A stretch of 32,000 nt of DNA from Allobaculum fili (GTDB taxonomy: Bacteria; Bacillota_I; Bacilli_A; Erysipelotrichales; Erysipelotrichaceae), in NCBI RefSeq assembly GCF_020969955.1, contig NZ_JAHDSX010000019.1:11740-43739 (forward strand), written 5' to 3'. Below the pieces are notes generated by a model. The model did no database searches. It was not told the origin of the DNA and saw only the letters and a program-made list of their open reading frames with translations. Of the stretch, positions 1 to 8,294 are shown in pieces. Made by a program: the position numbers and the translations under genes. The first letter of the stretch is position 1. Each line of letters starts with the position of its first letter.

Positions 1-6
1 CCAATC

Positions 7-48
7 GCCATGGAAAAATCCGCTCTGGATGCTTCCATGGCTTTTTTT
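7..48 (+). terminator. Rho-independent terminator of a gene that ends upstream of the window
   Basis: Perfect 9-bp stem GCCATGGAA (7-15) / TTCCATGGC (33-41), followed directly by T7 (42-48). Confidence 0.75.
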
Positions 49-226
49 GATTTAGGACGGTTTTTGCGAAAGAAAGACAGACGGGCACCTCGCGTGAAAA
101 AAAGAGCGGGGCTGTTCGATTCTGAAAAAAAACAGACCGATAAAGTGTTCCGCAGTCCATACCCATCGCCCAGGTGAAAACCAGAAACCGATGCAGAGAC
201 GCGGAGAAATCGGCGGAGGATCCTTT

Positions 227-658
227 ATGAATGAACAAACGTGGCTCGAGCAGAAACTGGCCCAGAATGGCTTTACGCTCGAAGATCTGAGCAAGCAGAC
301 CGGAATCGATCGCTCAACGCTTTTAAAAATGGCAGAGAAGGAAGAAGCCAGAGACGAACAGTGGAATACGGTGCTTTCCGTACTGAACAGCTATCCGATT
401 CTGTATACGCCTTCTGCAGACCTGCTTGATCTTCTGTGCCAGCGCATAGAGCAGAGCTCGGCGCAGGAAATGTGTACCGTTTACTATGGCGTCAACCAGA
501 GCAATCTCATTTTCGCCCTCTGTCAGTTTGAAGACGGCTCGATTCACGGCGCCAATGTGCAGCCGGATTTTCTGCGTTCGCTGCACCTTCCGCTTGGTGA
601 AGTGCTCCAGCTGTTTCAGGCGCAGGAACTGGCTCTTGAAAACGGAAAGCTGAGCTGA
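227..658 (+). CDS. Hypothetical protein with N-terminal XRE-like helix-turn-helix
   Basis: ORF 191-658. ATG 227 is preferred because GGAGGA (215-220) lies 6 nt upstream. FTLEDLSKQTGIDRSTLLKM resembles an XRE-type HTH. I recognise no motif in the rest. Confidence 0.55.
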   Translation: MNEQTWLEQKLAQNGFTLEDLSKQTGIDRSTLLKMAEKEEARDEQWNTVLSVLNSYPILYTPSADLLDLLCQRIEQSSAQEMCTVYYGVNQSNLIFALCQFEDGSIHGANVQPDFLRSLHLPLGEVLQLFQAQELALENGKLS

Positions 659-768
659 AGACACGGAAAAGCGTGTGCAAAAGAAAAGTCAGACATCTGC
701 CTGTCCTTCTGTGTCAGAGCAGACAAGGCTGAACTGAATCCAGAGGGACTGGAAAGAACACAGAAACA

Positions 769-815
769 GCGCTGTGATTTCTCAAAAGGAGCACAGCGCC
801 GTTTGTTTCGTTATT
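769..815. terminator. Bidirectional intrinsic terminator between convergent genes
   Basis: 8-bp stem GCGCTGTG (769-776) / CACAGCGC (792-799). There are T-rich tails on both strands: GTTTGTTTCGTT on +, TTTCTGTGTTCTTT on -. It lies between the stops at 658 (+) and 859 (-). Confidence 0.6.
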
Positions 816-858
816 CTTTTCAAATTGGTTCCGAAAACTTTAAGAGTTTTCGCCATAA

Positions 859-1419
859 TCAGAGCTGAAGTACGATACCCGTAATCGCGCAGATGACAAT
901 CAGCGCGATCGGGTGGAGCTTTTTAAAGGAGAAGGCCACGATGCCAAAAAGCACGATGAGGCCCAGATTGATCCAGAAGCTCTGATTCAGTACGAATCCC
1001 GAAGGGAAGAGTACGCTGACCACTACGCCGATGGCCGCCGATACGATCAGCGCGCAGGAAGCGGGGCGCAGTCCGTAAAACGCGTCCTGTACGTAGGGGT
1101 TGTCCTTGGCCGACTGCAGAACCCGTGCGATCACGCAGATGATGATGACGCTTGGCATGACCAGAGCAGCCGTTGTCAGAATTCCGCCGAGAATGTTATT
1201 GCCGGTGGCGTGATAGCCGACGTAGGTTGCCATGTTAATGCCGATCGGTCCCGGAGTGGATTCGGAAATGGCGATCATGTTGAGCAGATCCTGTTCGGTA
1301 AACCAGTGATAGCGCTCCATCATCTCATAAAGAAACGGGATGGTGGCCAGACCGCCGCCGACCGAAAACAGACCGGTTTTGAAAAATTCAAGGAAAAGGG
1401 TCCAGTACAGACTAAGCAT
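859..1419 (-). CDS. chrA: Short-chain chromate ion transporter (CHR family), downstream half of a split pair
   Basis: 186 aa, multi-TM. KTGLFSVGGGLATIPFL and ESTPGPIGIN motifs are typical of the CHR family. GGAGG sits 6 nt upstream of ATG 1419. It overlaps the upstream partner by 8 nt (ATGCTTAG). Confidence 0.88.
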   Translation of the reverse strand: MLSLYWTLFLEFFKTGLFSVGGGLATIPFLYEMMERYHWFTEQDLLNMIAISESTPGPIGINMATYVGYHATGNNILGGILTTAALVMPSVIIICVIARVLQSAKDNPYVQDAFYGLRPASCALIVSAAIGVVVSVLFPSGFVLNQSFWINLGLIVLFGIVAFSFKKLHPIALIVICAITGIVLQL

Positions 1420-2110
1420 GACGGTCCTCCTCTGGCTTTACGCTCTCTTCCAGCTTGGCGCTCGCCTTTGCGGGCACGTTCGCGTCGGATTTTGATTGCG
1501 CAGACGGCGTTTCTGTCGTATCTTGTTTTGGCTGATTCGTCGCAGACGACGCTTTGGCTTTAGCTAACGCCGGCCACTTTACAGGCGCTTTCTTTCCCAG
1601 AATGCCTGCGGCGGCTGCCAGGATGACGATGATCGTCGCGGAAAGCAGATTGAAGTAGGAAAGTCCCAGAAACAGGACAAACAGAGCCAGAGCGTACCAG
1701 TCTTTGACGCCGGCTTTGAACATCTTCAAAACGGCCTGCATAATCAGAACGCATACCGCAATACGGATGCCCGCCAGGGCGTGCTGAACGATCGGCTGAT
1801 CCGCAAACGAGGTCATCAGCGACGCGATCAGCATGATGATGACCAGCGAAGGAAAGACGATGCCGGCTGTCGCCATGATGGCGCCGGGGGTCTTTTTCTG
1901 GGAGTATCCGACAAACGTGGCGGTATTGACGGCGATGATTCCTGGTGTACACTGACCGATGGCGTAATAGTCCATCAGTTCGTCATACGTTGCCCAGTGC
2001 TTCTTGTTGACGACTTCTTTTTCCAGCATGGGAAGCATGGCCAGTCCGCCGCCAAACGTGAACAGGCCGATTTTGGAAAAGGTTAGAAATAAATCTGCAT
2101 AAATGTTCAT
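1412..2110 (-). CDS. chrA: Short-chain chromate ion transporter (CHR family), upstream half, with a hydrophilic C-terminal tail
   Basis: Lies inside ORF 1412-2524. The start is taken as ATG 2110 (MNIYADLFLTFSKIGLFTFGGGLAMLPML..CTPGIIAVN), where CHR similarity begins. The last ~60 aa are K/A/S/P/E-rich and non-hydrophobic. There is no clear SD. Confidence 0.82.
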   Translation of the reverse strand: MNIYADLFLTFSKIGLFTFGGGLAMLPMLEKEVVNKKHWATYDELMDYYAIGQCTPGIIAVNTATFVGYSQKKTPGAIMATAGIVFPSLVIIMLIASLMTSFADQPIVQHALAGIRIAVCVLIMQAVLKMFKAGVKDWYALALFVLFLGLSYFNLLSATIIVILAAAAGILGKKAPVKWPALAKAKASSATNQPKQDTTETPSAQSKSDANVPAKASAKLEESVKPEEDRHA

Positions 2111-2297
2111 AAGCGTTAAATTCCGTTTTTTCCTTAGTTTGTTCTCTGATTCTTTGAGGGTCAACACTTTCGACTTGAAACAGGTCAGCAGGCTTGAGAA
2201 AAGCGGAAGAAAATTACACGATGAGAAAAGGTTAGAGACTTTATTTACAATCCAGGCAGGATGACGTGTATATTCCTGTCTTGAAATGAGGTTGATT

Positions 2298-3281
2298 ATG
2301 AAACGATTGAAACGGCTTCTCAAGCCGGTGATTGCGCTGTCCCTGTTCGTGCTGACAGGATGTTCTGGCGGATCCGGACAGGATCTGAAAGTGGTCAGCG
2401 ACAAAACCGTAGAGCTTGGTGAAACAGTATCCCTGGCTCCTTCCGAGTATCTGTTAAACGAGCCGGATGAGAGCATTCTGAACGAAATTACCGTCGATTC
2501 CGATCTGAAGACGGATTCCGACAAATATACCTATAACGGCTTCAAGGAAACCGTCACATCCAAAGATAAGAAGTACCTCGATATCGGTACGTACAAGCTG
2601 ACGCTCAAATACGACGGCAAGGACTATCCGGTAACGCTGCGCGTGGAAGATACCGTGATGCCGGAGTTCATTTCGCCTTCCGCAGTCGTTACGATTCCGG
2701 TCGGCAAAACCGACTTCGATTTCTCGAAAATTTATCGGACCGACGATAAATCGGATGTGGAAATCCGCCTTGACGGTTTTTATAACCTGAACAAGGAAGG
2801 CACGTATCCGGTAACGATCGTGGCGACCGACGCGGCCGGCAACACGAACTCGATCGAAATTACGATCAACGTCGTTGCCGACAATACCCACATTACTGCG
2901 TCCGATCAGTTCGATGACGAAGTGGTTCCGTCTCCAGATGGGGACGACACCAGCAATGGCTCCCAGACGCCGGTGATTCCTGATCCGGAAGAACCGGTCG
3001 ATGATCAGAAGCCCGACAAACCGAGCGTTCCGACGGCCTGCTCGATTTCCACGCTGCCTGCCGGTGCAGAAAGCGCGGAAGTCTACTACAGCTTCTCCGA
3101 TCTGTACGCAGCCGGTACCGCATGGAATCAGCTTTCTCCAAACAACTATTTCTTCTATCTTGAAGGCGCGGACGACTGCGGAAACAAAGTCTACTTCCTG
3201 ACTAAGGGAACGCAGACTCCGGATCCATCCGCCCAGCCCCAGCAGACGCCAAATGCTGCCGGAGACGACAATTCCAAATAG
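2298..3281 (+). CDS. Surface lipoprotein with an Ig-like (DUF5011/HYR-like) domain
   Basis: ATG 2298 has GAGG 6 nt upstream. MKRLKRLLKPVIALSLFVLTGCSGG is a signal peptide plus lipobox L-T-G-C. GTYPVTIVATDAAGNTNSIEITINV resembles Ig-like surface repeats. A P/D/E-rich linker leads to a Cys-containing C-terminal domain. Confidence 0.8.
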   Translation: MKRLKRLLKPVIALSLFVLTGCSGGSGQDLKVVSDKTVELGETVSLAPSEYLLNEPDESILNEITVDSDLKTDSDKYTYNGFKETVTSKDKKYLDIGTYKLTLKYDGKDYPVTLRVEDTVMPEFISPSAVVTIPVGKTDFDFSKIYRTDDKSDVEIRLDGFYNLNKEGTYPVTIVATDAAGNTNSIEITINVVADNTHITASDQFDDEVVPSPDGDDTSNGSQTPVIPDPEEPVDDQKPDKPSVPTACSISTLPAGAESAEVYYSFSDLYAAGTAWNQLSPNNYFFYLEGADDCGNKVYFLTKGTQTPDPSAQPQQTPNAAGDDNSK

Positions 3282-3290
3282 AAACTGCCA

Positions 3291-3321
3291 AAGACCCAGC
3301 CAGAAAAGCCGGGTCTTTTTT
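3291..3321 (+). terminator. Rho-independent terminator of the lipoprotein gene
   Basis: Stem AAGACCCAGC (3291-3300) / GCCGGGTCTT (3308-3317) with one mismatch and a 7-nt loop. The T run extends to 3321. A second perfect 9-bp hairpin follows: GCTGCTGCG 3345-3353 / CGCAGCAGC 3373-3381. Confidence 0.75.
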
Positions 3322-3607
3322 GCGCTCTTTTGGGCTTCTGCACGGCTGCTGCGCTGCTGCTTTCGGTTTTGACGCAGCAGCTTTCTGCCGCTGGATCACC
3401 GGAAAACCGGCACTTTTCTCCATGATTGCAGGCGCAGAAGACAAGGCCAGAACCGGAGGACAAATGAAGAAAATCTGGTCGGCCATTTTCGAAAAAGGGC
3501 GGTCAGTCCATCGAAAAGCTAGTGTATCATTTAAATCAGATAGAAGTATATTTTGCGAGACACGCCTCGCACGATTTTACGATGCCCGCAATGAAAGGGG
3601 GCTGAGG

Positions 3608-4794
3608 ATGAAATACAGTTTTGATGAAGTTATCGATCGAACCGGATACCGTTGTGCCAAATACGACGAACGCCTGCAGAAATTCGGTCGGGCGGATGTC
3701 CTTCCGCTCTGGGTGGCGGATATGGATTTCAAAACGGCACAGCCGATCATTGACGCCTGTGTCGCCAAGGCAAAAGAAGGCATTTGGGGCTATACATCAA
3801 GACCCGACAGCTATTTTCAGGCGGTCCAGGACTGGCAGCTGCGGCGAAACCAGTGGAAGCCGGATACGAAGTTAATGAGCTGGAGTCTTGGCGTCGTCCC
3901 GGCCATGAGCGCCATTTTGCACATCTTTTCCGATCCGCAGGATCGTATTCCCATTCAGACGCCGGTGTATTCCGACTTTTACGACATCGTTGAGGACAGC
4001 GGTCGAATTGTGGTCGAAAACCGGCTGCTGGAACAGAACGGGCGCTGGCAAATCGATTTTGATGATTTTGCCCGAAAGGCCAGAACATGCAGAATTTTCC
4101 TGATTTGCAGTCCGCACAATTCCGTCGGACGGGTATGGAGCCGGGACGAACTTACACGCATGGCGCAAATCTGCATCGAAAACGATGTGCTGATCGTTTC
4201 GGATGAAATTCATTCGGATCTGATTTTTAACGGGTGTCGACATATCCCGACCGCGTCTCTGTCGGAAGATATTGGTCGGCATGTCATCACGGCACCTCTA
4301 TTTCCAAGACGTTCAACCTCGCCGGAATGCAGGCCAGTACGACGATTTTCCGGATGCGAAGAAAAAAGAGCGTTTCGACCGCTTCTGGGGCGCCATGGAC
4401 ATTCATCGAAACAACGCCTTCAGTTCCGTGGCGATGGAAGCGTCGTACCGGCATGGCGAAGAGTGGCTGGACCAGCTTCTCTTCTATTTGCAGGGAAACT
4501 TTGACTGCGTCTGCGACTTCTGCAAAAAATGGATTCCGCAAATCCGGCCAAATCATCCCAATGCAACGTATCTGATATGGCTGGACTGCCGGGATCTGCA
4601 TCTGAGCGATGATGCGCTGCGCGATTTTTTCATTGAGAGGGCTGAACGAAGGGCGATCGTTTGACCGCAGCTCCGGCTATATGCGCCTGAACGCCGCCTG
4701 TCCAAGATCCATTCTCGAACAGGCTATGCATCGGCTCAAAAAGGCCGTCGACGACCTGGTGACAGAAGGCAGGCAAAAGCAGGAAACGGCATGA
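3608..4794 (+). pseudogene. patB: PatB/MalY-type PLP-dependent C-S lyase (cystathionine beta-lyase family) disrupted by three frameshifts
   Basis: Family similarity is split over four frame segments. (1) From ATG 3608 (GGGGGCTGAGG upstream): MKYSFDEVIDRTGYRCAKYD...SDEIHSDLIF...GRHVIT, to ~4290. (2) The frame of ORF 4234, carrying the PLP-lysine motif TSISKTFNLAGMQ, ~4291-4350. (3) The frame of ORF 4272: PDAKKKERF...YLIWLDCRDL...DFFIE, to ~4640. (4) The frame of ORF 4609: GLNEGRSF..GYMRLNAACPRSILEQAMHRLKKAV, to the stop at 4794. Confidence 0.8.
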
Positions 4795-4856
4795 GATAGA
4801 ACGGTGTGAGATAGAAGAAAACAGGAAATACGGTCAGGGAAAGGAAGGAAAGACTT

Positions 4857-6173
4857 ATGAATAAGGAAAGTCCGCTCTATGCGGCGTATACGCAAATACT
4901 GAAGGACGAACTCATTCCCGCAATGGGATGCACGGAGCCGATTGCGATTGCCTATGCCGCGGCTAAAGCCAGAGACGTGCTTGGATGTCTGCCGGAGTCC
5001 GTAAATGTGTCCGTCAGCAGCAATATTATCAAAAACGTAAAAAGCGTCGTCGTTCCCAATACGGACGGAAGCAAAGGCATTGCGGCCGCAGCCGCCGCGG
5101 GAATTGTGGCAGGAAAGGCGGATCAGGCGCTTGAAGTCATCGCTCAGGTCACTCCGGAGCAGAAAGCACAGATGTACGCCTTTTTGAAGCAGACGCCCAT
5201 CACGGTCGAAGCAATCGATCATGGTCTCGTTTTTGATCTGATCGTCTCGCTTCAAAGCGGCCGGCAGACGTCTTCAGTCCGGATTGCCAACGCCCACACG
5301 CAAATTGTCTTCATTGAGAAAAATGGCCAGATACTTCTGGATCGAACCGATCAGATCGACAGCTCCTGCGCATACGATGGGGCGTTCAGAAGCGGACAGA
5401 TCGATCCGGATCTTCTGACCGTCGAAAAGATTTATGAATTTGCAAACGACTGCGACATTGAAGATGTCCGGGCCGTTCTCGACCGTCAGATCGCGTACAA
5501 TACGGCGATTGCCGAAGAAGGGCTGCGCCGCAGCTATGGCGCTAATATCGGATCGACGATGCTCAAATACTATGGCAATACCATACGCAATCGGGCGATC
5601 GCCAAAGCGGCAGCCGGATCGGATGCGCGCATGAGCGGCTGCGAGCTGCCCGTCATCATTAATTCCGGTTCAGGAAACCAGGGCATGACGGTTTCCATCC
5701 CGGTCATTGAATACGCAAAGGAGCTGAACTCCAGCAAAGAGCAGCTGTACCGGGCTCTGGTGCTTTCCAATCTCATCGCCATTCACGAAAAGACCGGAAT
5801 CGGGCGTCTGTCCGCCTACTGCGGAGCGGTCACAGCCGGCTGCGCGGCAGGATGCGGAATCGCCTTTTTACAGGGTGCGGATCGCAAGGCGATTGAACAC
5901 ACGCTGGTCAATTCGCTGGCGATCGTTTCGGGCATCATCTGCGATGGCGCCAAGCCAAGCTGTGCCGCGAAAATCGCTTCGAGCGTGGAAGCGGGCATTC
6001 TGGGCTATCACATGTACTTGAACGGCCAGGAATTTTTAGGCGGCGACGGCATTGTCACCAAAGGCGTGGAAAACACGATCCGAAATATCGGACGCCTTGG
6101 CCGGGAAGGCATGCGGCAGACCGATCAGGAAATCGTGCAGATCATGCTGGGCTGTTCGGACCGCACGCTCTGA
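4857..6173 (+). CDS. UPF0597 / YhaM(CyuA)-like L-cysteine desulfidase family protein (serine dehydratase alpha-like fold)
   Basis: 438 aa. The N-terminus LKDELIPAMGCTEPIAIAYAAAKA and the internal INSGSGNQG, AYCGAVTAGC and ICDGAKPSCA motifs are characteristic of this family. AGGAAGGA lies upstream of ATG 4857. Confidence 0.8.
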   Translation: MNKESPLYAAYTQILKDELIPAMGCTEPIAIAYAAAKARDVLGCLPESVNVSVSSNIIKNVKSVVVPNTDGSKGIAAAAAAGIVAGKADQALEVIAQVTPEQKAQMYAFLKQTPITVEAIDHGLVFDLIVSLQSGRQTSSVRIANAHTQIVFIEKNGQILLDRTDQIDSSCAYDGAFRSGQIDPDLLTVEKIYEFANDCDIEDVRAVLDRQIAYNTAIAEEGLRRSYGANIGSTMLKYYGNTIRNRAIAKAAAGSDARMSGCELPVIINSGSGNQGMTVSIPVIEYAKELNSSKEQLYRALVLSNLIAIHEKTGIGRLSAYCGAVTAGCAAGCGIAFLQGADRKAIEHTLVNSLAIVSGIICDGAKPSCAAKIASSVEAGILGYHMYLNGQEFLGGDGIVTKGVENTIRNIGRLGREGMRQTDQEIVQIMLGCSDRTL

Positions 6174-6348
6174 GTCCTGCAGAGCTTTTCAAGGCAAAGT
6201 CCATAAAATCAAACGAATCGAATGAAAAGATCGCCGAATGGAAAAGGATTGTCTGCCGGTTCGGCTATAATTCCCCAAACAGAGCGGATTCCAGACGTTC
6301 CGGACGCCCGTGAGGCGGCCGCATTCCGGAATCCGGAAAGGAGTTTTT

Positions 6349-8040
6349 ATGAAAGTCGTTATTGTTGGCGGAGTAGCCGGCGGCGCCACAGCAGCTGCCC
6401 GCATCCGCCGTCTGGATGAGCAGGCGCAGATTACGGTATTTGAACGCTCGCATCATATTTCGTATGCCAACTGCGGCCTGCCGTATTACATTGGCGGCGT
6501 TATTTCCGACCGCCGCGATCTCACGCTCCAGACCCCGGAAAGCTTCGACGCGCGCTTTCGCGTAAACATGAAAGTCCGTCATGAAGTGACCGCCATTCAT
6601 CCCGATCGTAAAACTGTCTCGGTGACGAATCTGGAAACCGGGGAAACGTTTGAAGAACCGTATGACAAGCTGCTGCTTTCCCCAGGCGCAAGACCGGTGC
6701 TTCCGCGTTTAACCGGCATGGACGCCGATCAGCTGTTCACGCTGCGTACGGTAGAAGATACGCTTCGCGTCAAGGACTATATCGATACGCATCATCCCAG
6801 ATCGGTCGTTCTGGCCGGCGGCGGCTTTATCGGCATGGAGCTGGCGGAAAATCTGCGCGAACTTGGCATCGACGTGACCATCGTGCAGCGACCGAAACAG
6901 CTCATGAACCCGTTTGATCCGGACATGGCGGCGCTGATTCAGGGCGAAATGCGGCGGCATGGCGTAAAGCTGGCTCTCGGCCAGACGGTAGAAGGATTTC
7001 GAAAAAAGGAAAACGGTGTGGATGTTCTGCTCAAGGAGCAGGCGCCTCTTCACGCCGACATGGTCATTCTGGCTATCGGCGTCGCGCCGGATTCAAAGCT
7101 GGCCAAGGACGCCGGTCTGAAGCTGGGCATCAAGGACAGCATTCTCGTCAACGAGCGCATGGAAACGTCCGTTCCGGACATTTACGCCGTCGGCGATGCT
7201 GTTCAGGTTTCTCATTATGTAACCGGCGATCCGGCCCTGATCGCACTGGCCGGCCCGGCGAATAAACAGGGACGCATTGCAGCCGATAACATCTGCGGCA
7301 AGGACAGCCATTACAAAGGCTCGCAGGGCAGCAGCATTCTGAAAGTCTTTGACCTCGATGCCGCCGTCACCGGGCTAAGTGAGACGGCCGCCCGCAAAGC
7401 CGGTCTCGATGTCGACTCCGTCATTCTTTCTCCGATGAGCCATGCCGGCTATTATCCCGGCGGCAAAGTCATGACTATGAAAGTCGTCTTTGAAAAGGGA
7501 ACGTACCGTCTTCTCGGCGCGCAGATCGTCGGCTATGAAGGAGTGGACAAGCGCATCGATGTGCTGGCGACCGCCCTTCACTGCAAAATGAACGCGGTCG
7601 ATCTCAAGGATCTCGATCTGGCGTACGCTCCGCCGTATTCCTCGGCAAAAGATCCTGTAAACATGGCGGGATTCATGATCGAAAACATCCGGGACGGCAT
7701 TTTGAAGCAGTGGCATCTCGACGATCTGGAGGCGATCGAACACAATCCCGATGTAACCCGGCTCGATGTGCGCACGAATGGAGAATATGCGTGGGGCCAT
7801 ATCGAAGGCTTTCTAAATATTCCTGTCGATGAACTGCGCGGGTGCCTGAATGAACTTGATCCCAGAAAACCGGTTTACGTCATCTGCCAGAGCGGTCTGC
7901 GCAGCTACATCGCCTGCCGGATTCTGGAAGCCAACGGGTTTGACTGCTACAACTTTGCCGGCGGATATCGCTTTTACGATGAAGTTACGCACGAACGGCA
8001 GCTGGTGGAATCGGCCTTCCCCTGCGGCATGGATCGATAA
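6349..8040 (+). CDS. CoA-disulfide (persulfide) reductase with a C-terminal rhodanese domain (CoADR-RHD)
   Basis: ATG 6349 with AAAGGAG upstream. FAD motif MKVVIVGGVAGGATAAARIRR, redox Cys motif SYANCGLPYYIGG, second dinucleotide fold VVLAGGGFIGMELAE. The C-terminal rhodanese loop is VYVICQSGLRS. Confidence 0.9.
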   Translation: MKVVIVGGVAGGATAAARIRRLDEQAQITVFERSHHISYANCGLPYYIGGVISDRRDLTLQTPESFDARFRVNMKVRHEVTAIHPDRKTVSVTNLETGETFEEPYDKLLLSPGARPVLPRLTGMDADQLFTLRTVEDTLRVKDYIDTHHPRSVVLAGGGFIGMELAENLRELGIDVTIVQRPKQLMNPFDPDMAALIQGEMRRHGVKLALGQTVEGFRKKENGVDVLLKEQAPLHADMVILAIGVAPDSKLAKDAGLKLGIKDSILVNERMETSVPDIYAVGDAVQVSHYVTGDPALIALAGPANKQGRIAADNICGKDSHYKGSQGSSILKVFDLDAAVTGLSETAARKAGLDVDSVILSPMSHAGYYPGGKVMTMKVVFEKGTYRLLGAQIVGYEGVDKRIDVLATALHCKMNAVDLKDLDLAYAPPYSSAKDPVNMAGFMIENIRDGILKQWHLDDLEAIEHNPDVTRLDVRTNGEYAWGHIEGFLNIPVDELRGCLNELDPRKPVYVICQSGLRSYIACRILEANGFDCYNFAGGYRFYDEVTHERQLVESAFPCGMDR

Positions 8041-8138
8041 GAAAGATCCGGCACAGACAAGCCGCTGAAAAAGAAACATCTGAAACAGAGCGGGAAAAAG
8101 AACGGCTGAAAAGAAATTCATAAACATAAAAAGGAATA

Positions 8139-8186
8139 CAGGGACGAACATGGCCTTTCGCGGTGTTCGTCCCTGTCCGTTTTCTG
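8139..8186. terminator. Bidirectional intrinsic terminator
   Basis: Perfect 12-bp stem CAGGGACGAACA (8139-8150) / TGTTCGTCCCTG (8164-8175). TCCGTTTTCTG follows on +, and TATTCCTTTTTATG follows on -. Confidence 0.8.
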
Positions 8187-8230
8187 CATGTCCGGTGAAA
8201 ACTGGAAACCCAAAGTCCCGGACGAAGCAC

Positions 8231-8279
8231 AAAAAAATCTGTACCCGATCTGCCGGAGCAGAATTCAAGGTACAGATTT
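8231..8279 (-). terminator. Rho-independent terminator of the 8295-9512 gene
   Basis: Perfect 11-bp stem (8235-8245 / 8269-8279) with a 23-nt loop. On the minus strand the stem is followed by T7 (the A-run 8231-8237 on +). Confidence 0.7.
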
Positions 8280-8294
8280 TCATTTCAATGGAGT

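Noticed and set aside
2111-2524. A 138-codon N-terminal extension of ORF 1412-2524.
   Set aside because: The extension overlaps the divergent lipoprotein gene and has no CHR-family similarity. Similarity begins exactly at ATG 2110.
3320-3607. A 96-codon upstream extension of the patB frame (ORF 3320-4504).
   Set aside because: It runs through the lipoprotein terminator and hairpins and has no family similarity. ATG 3608 has an SD and the canonical MKY.FD..IDR N-terminus. I also looked here for a SAM or T-box leader and did not recognise one.
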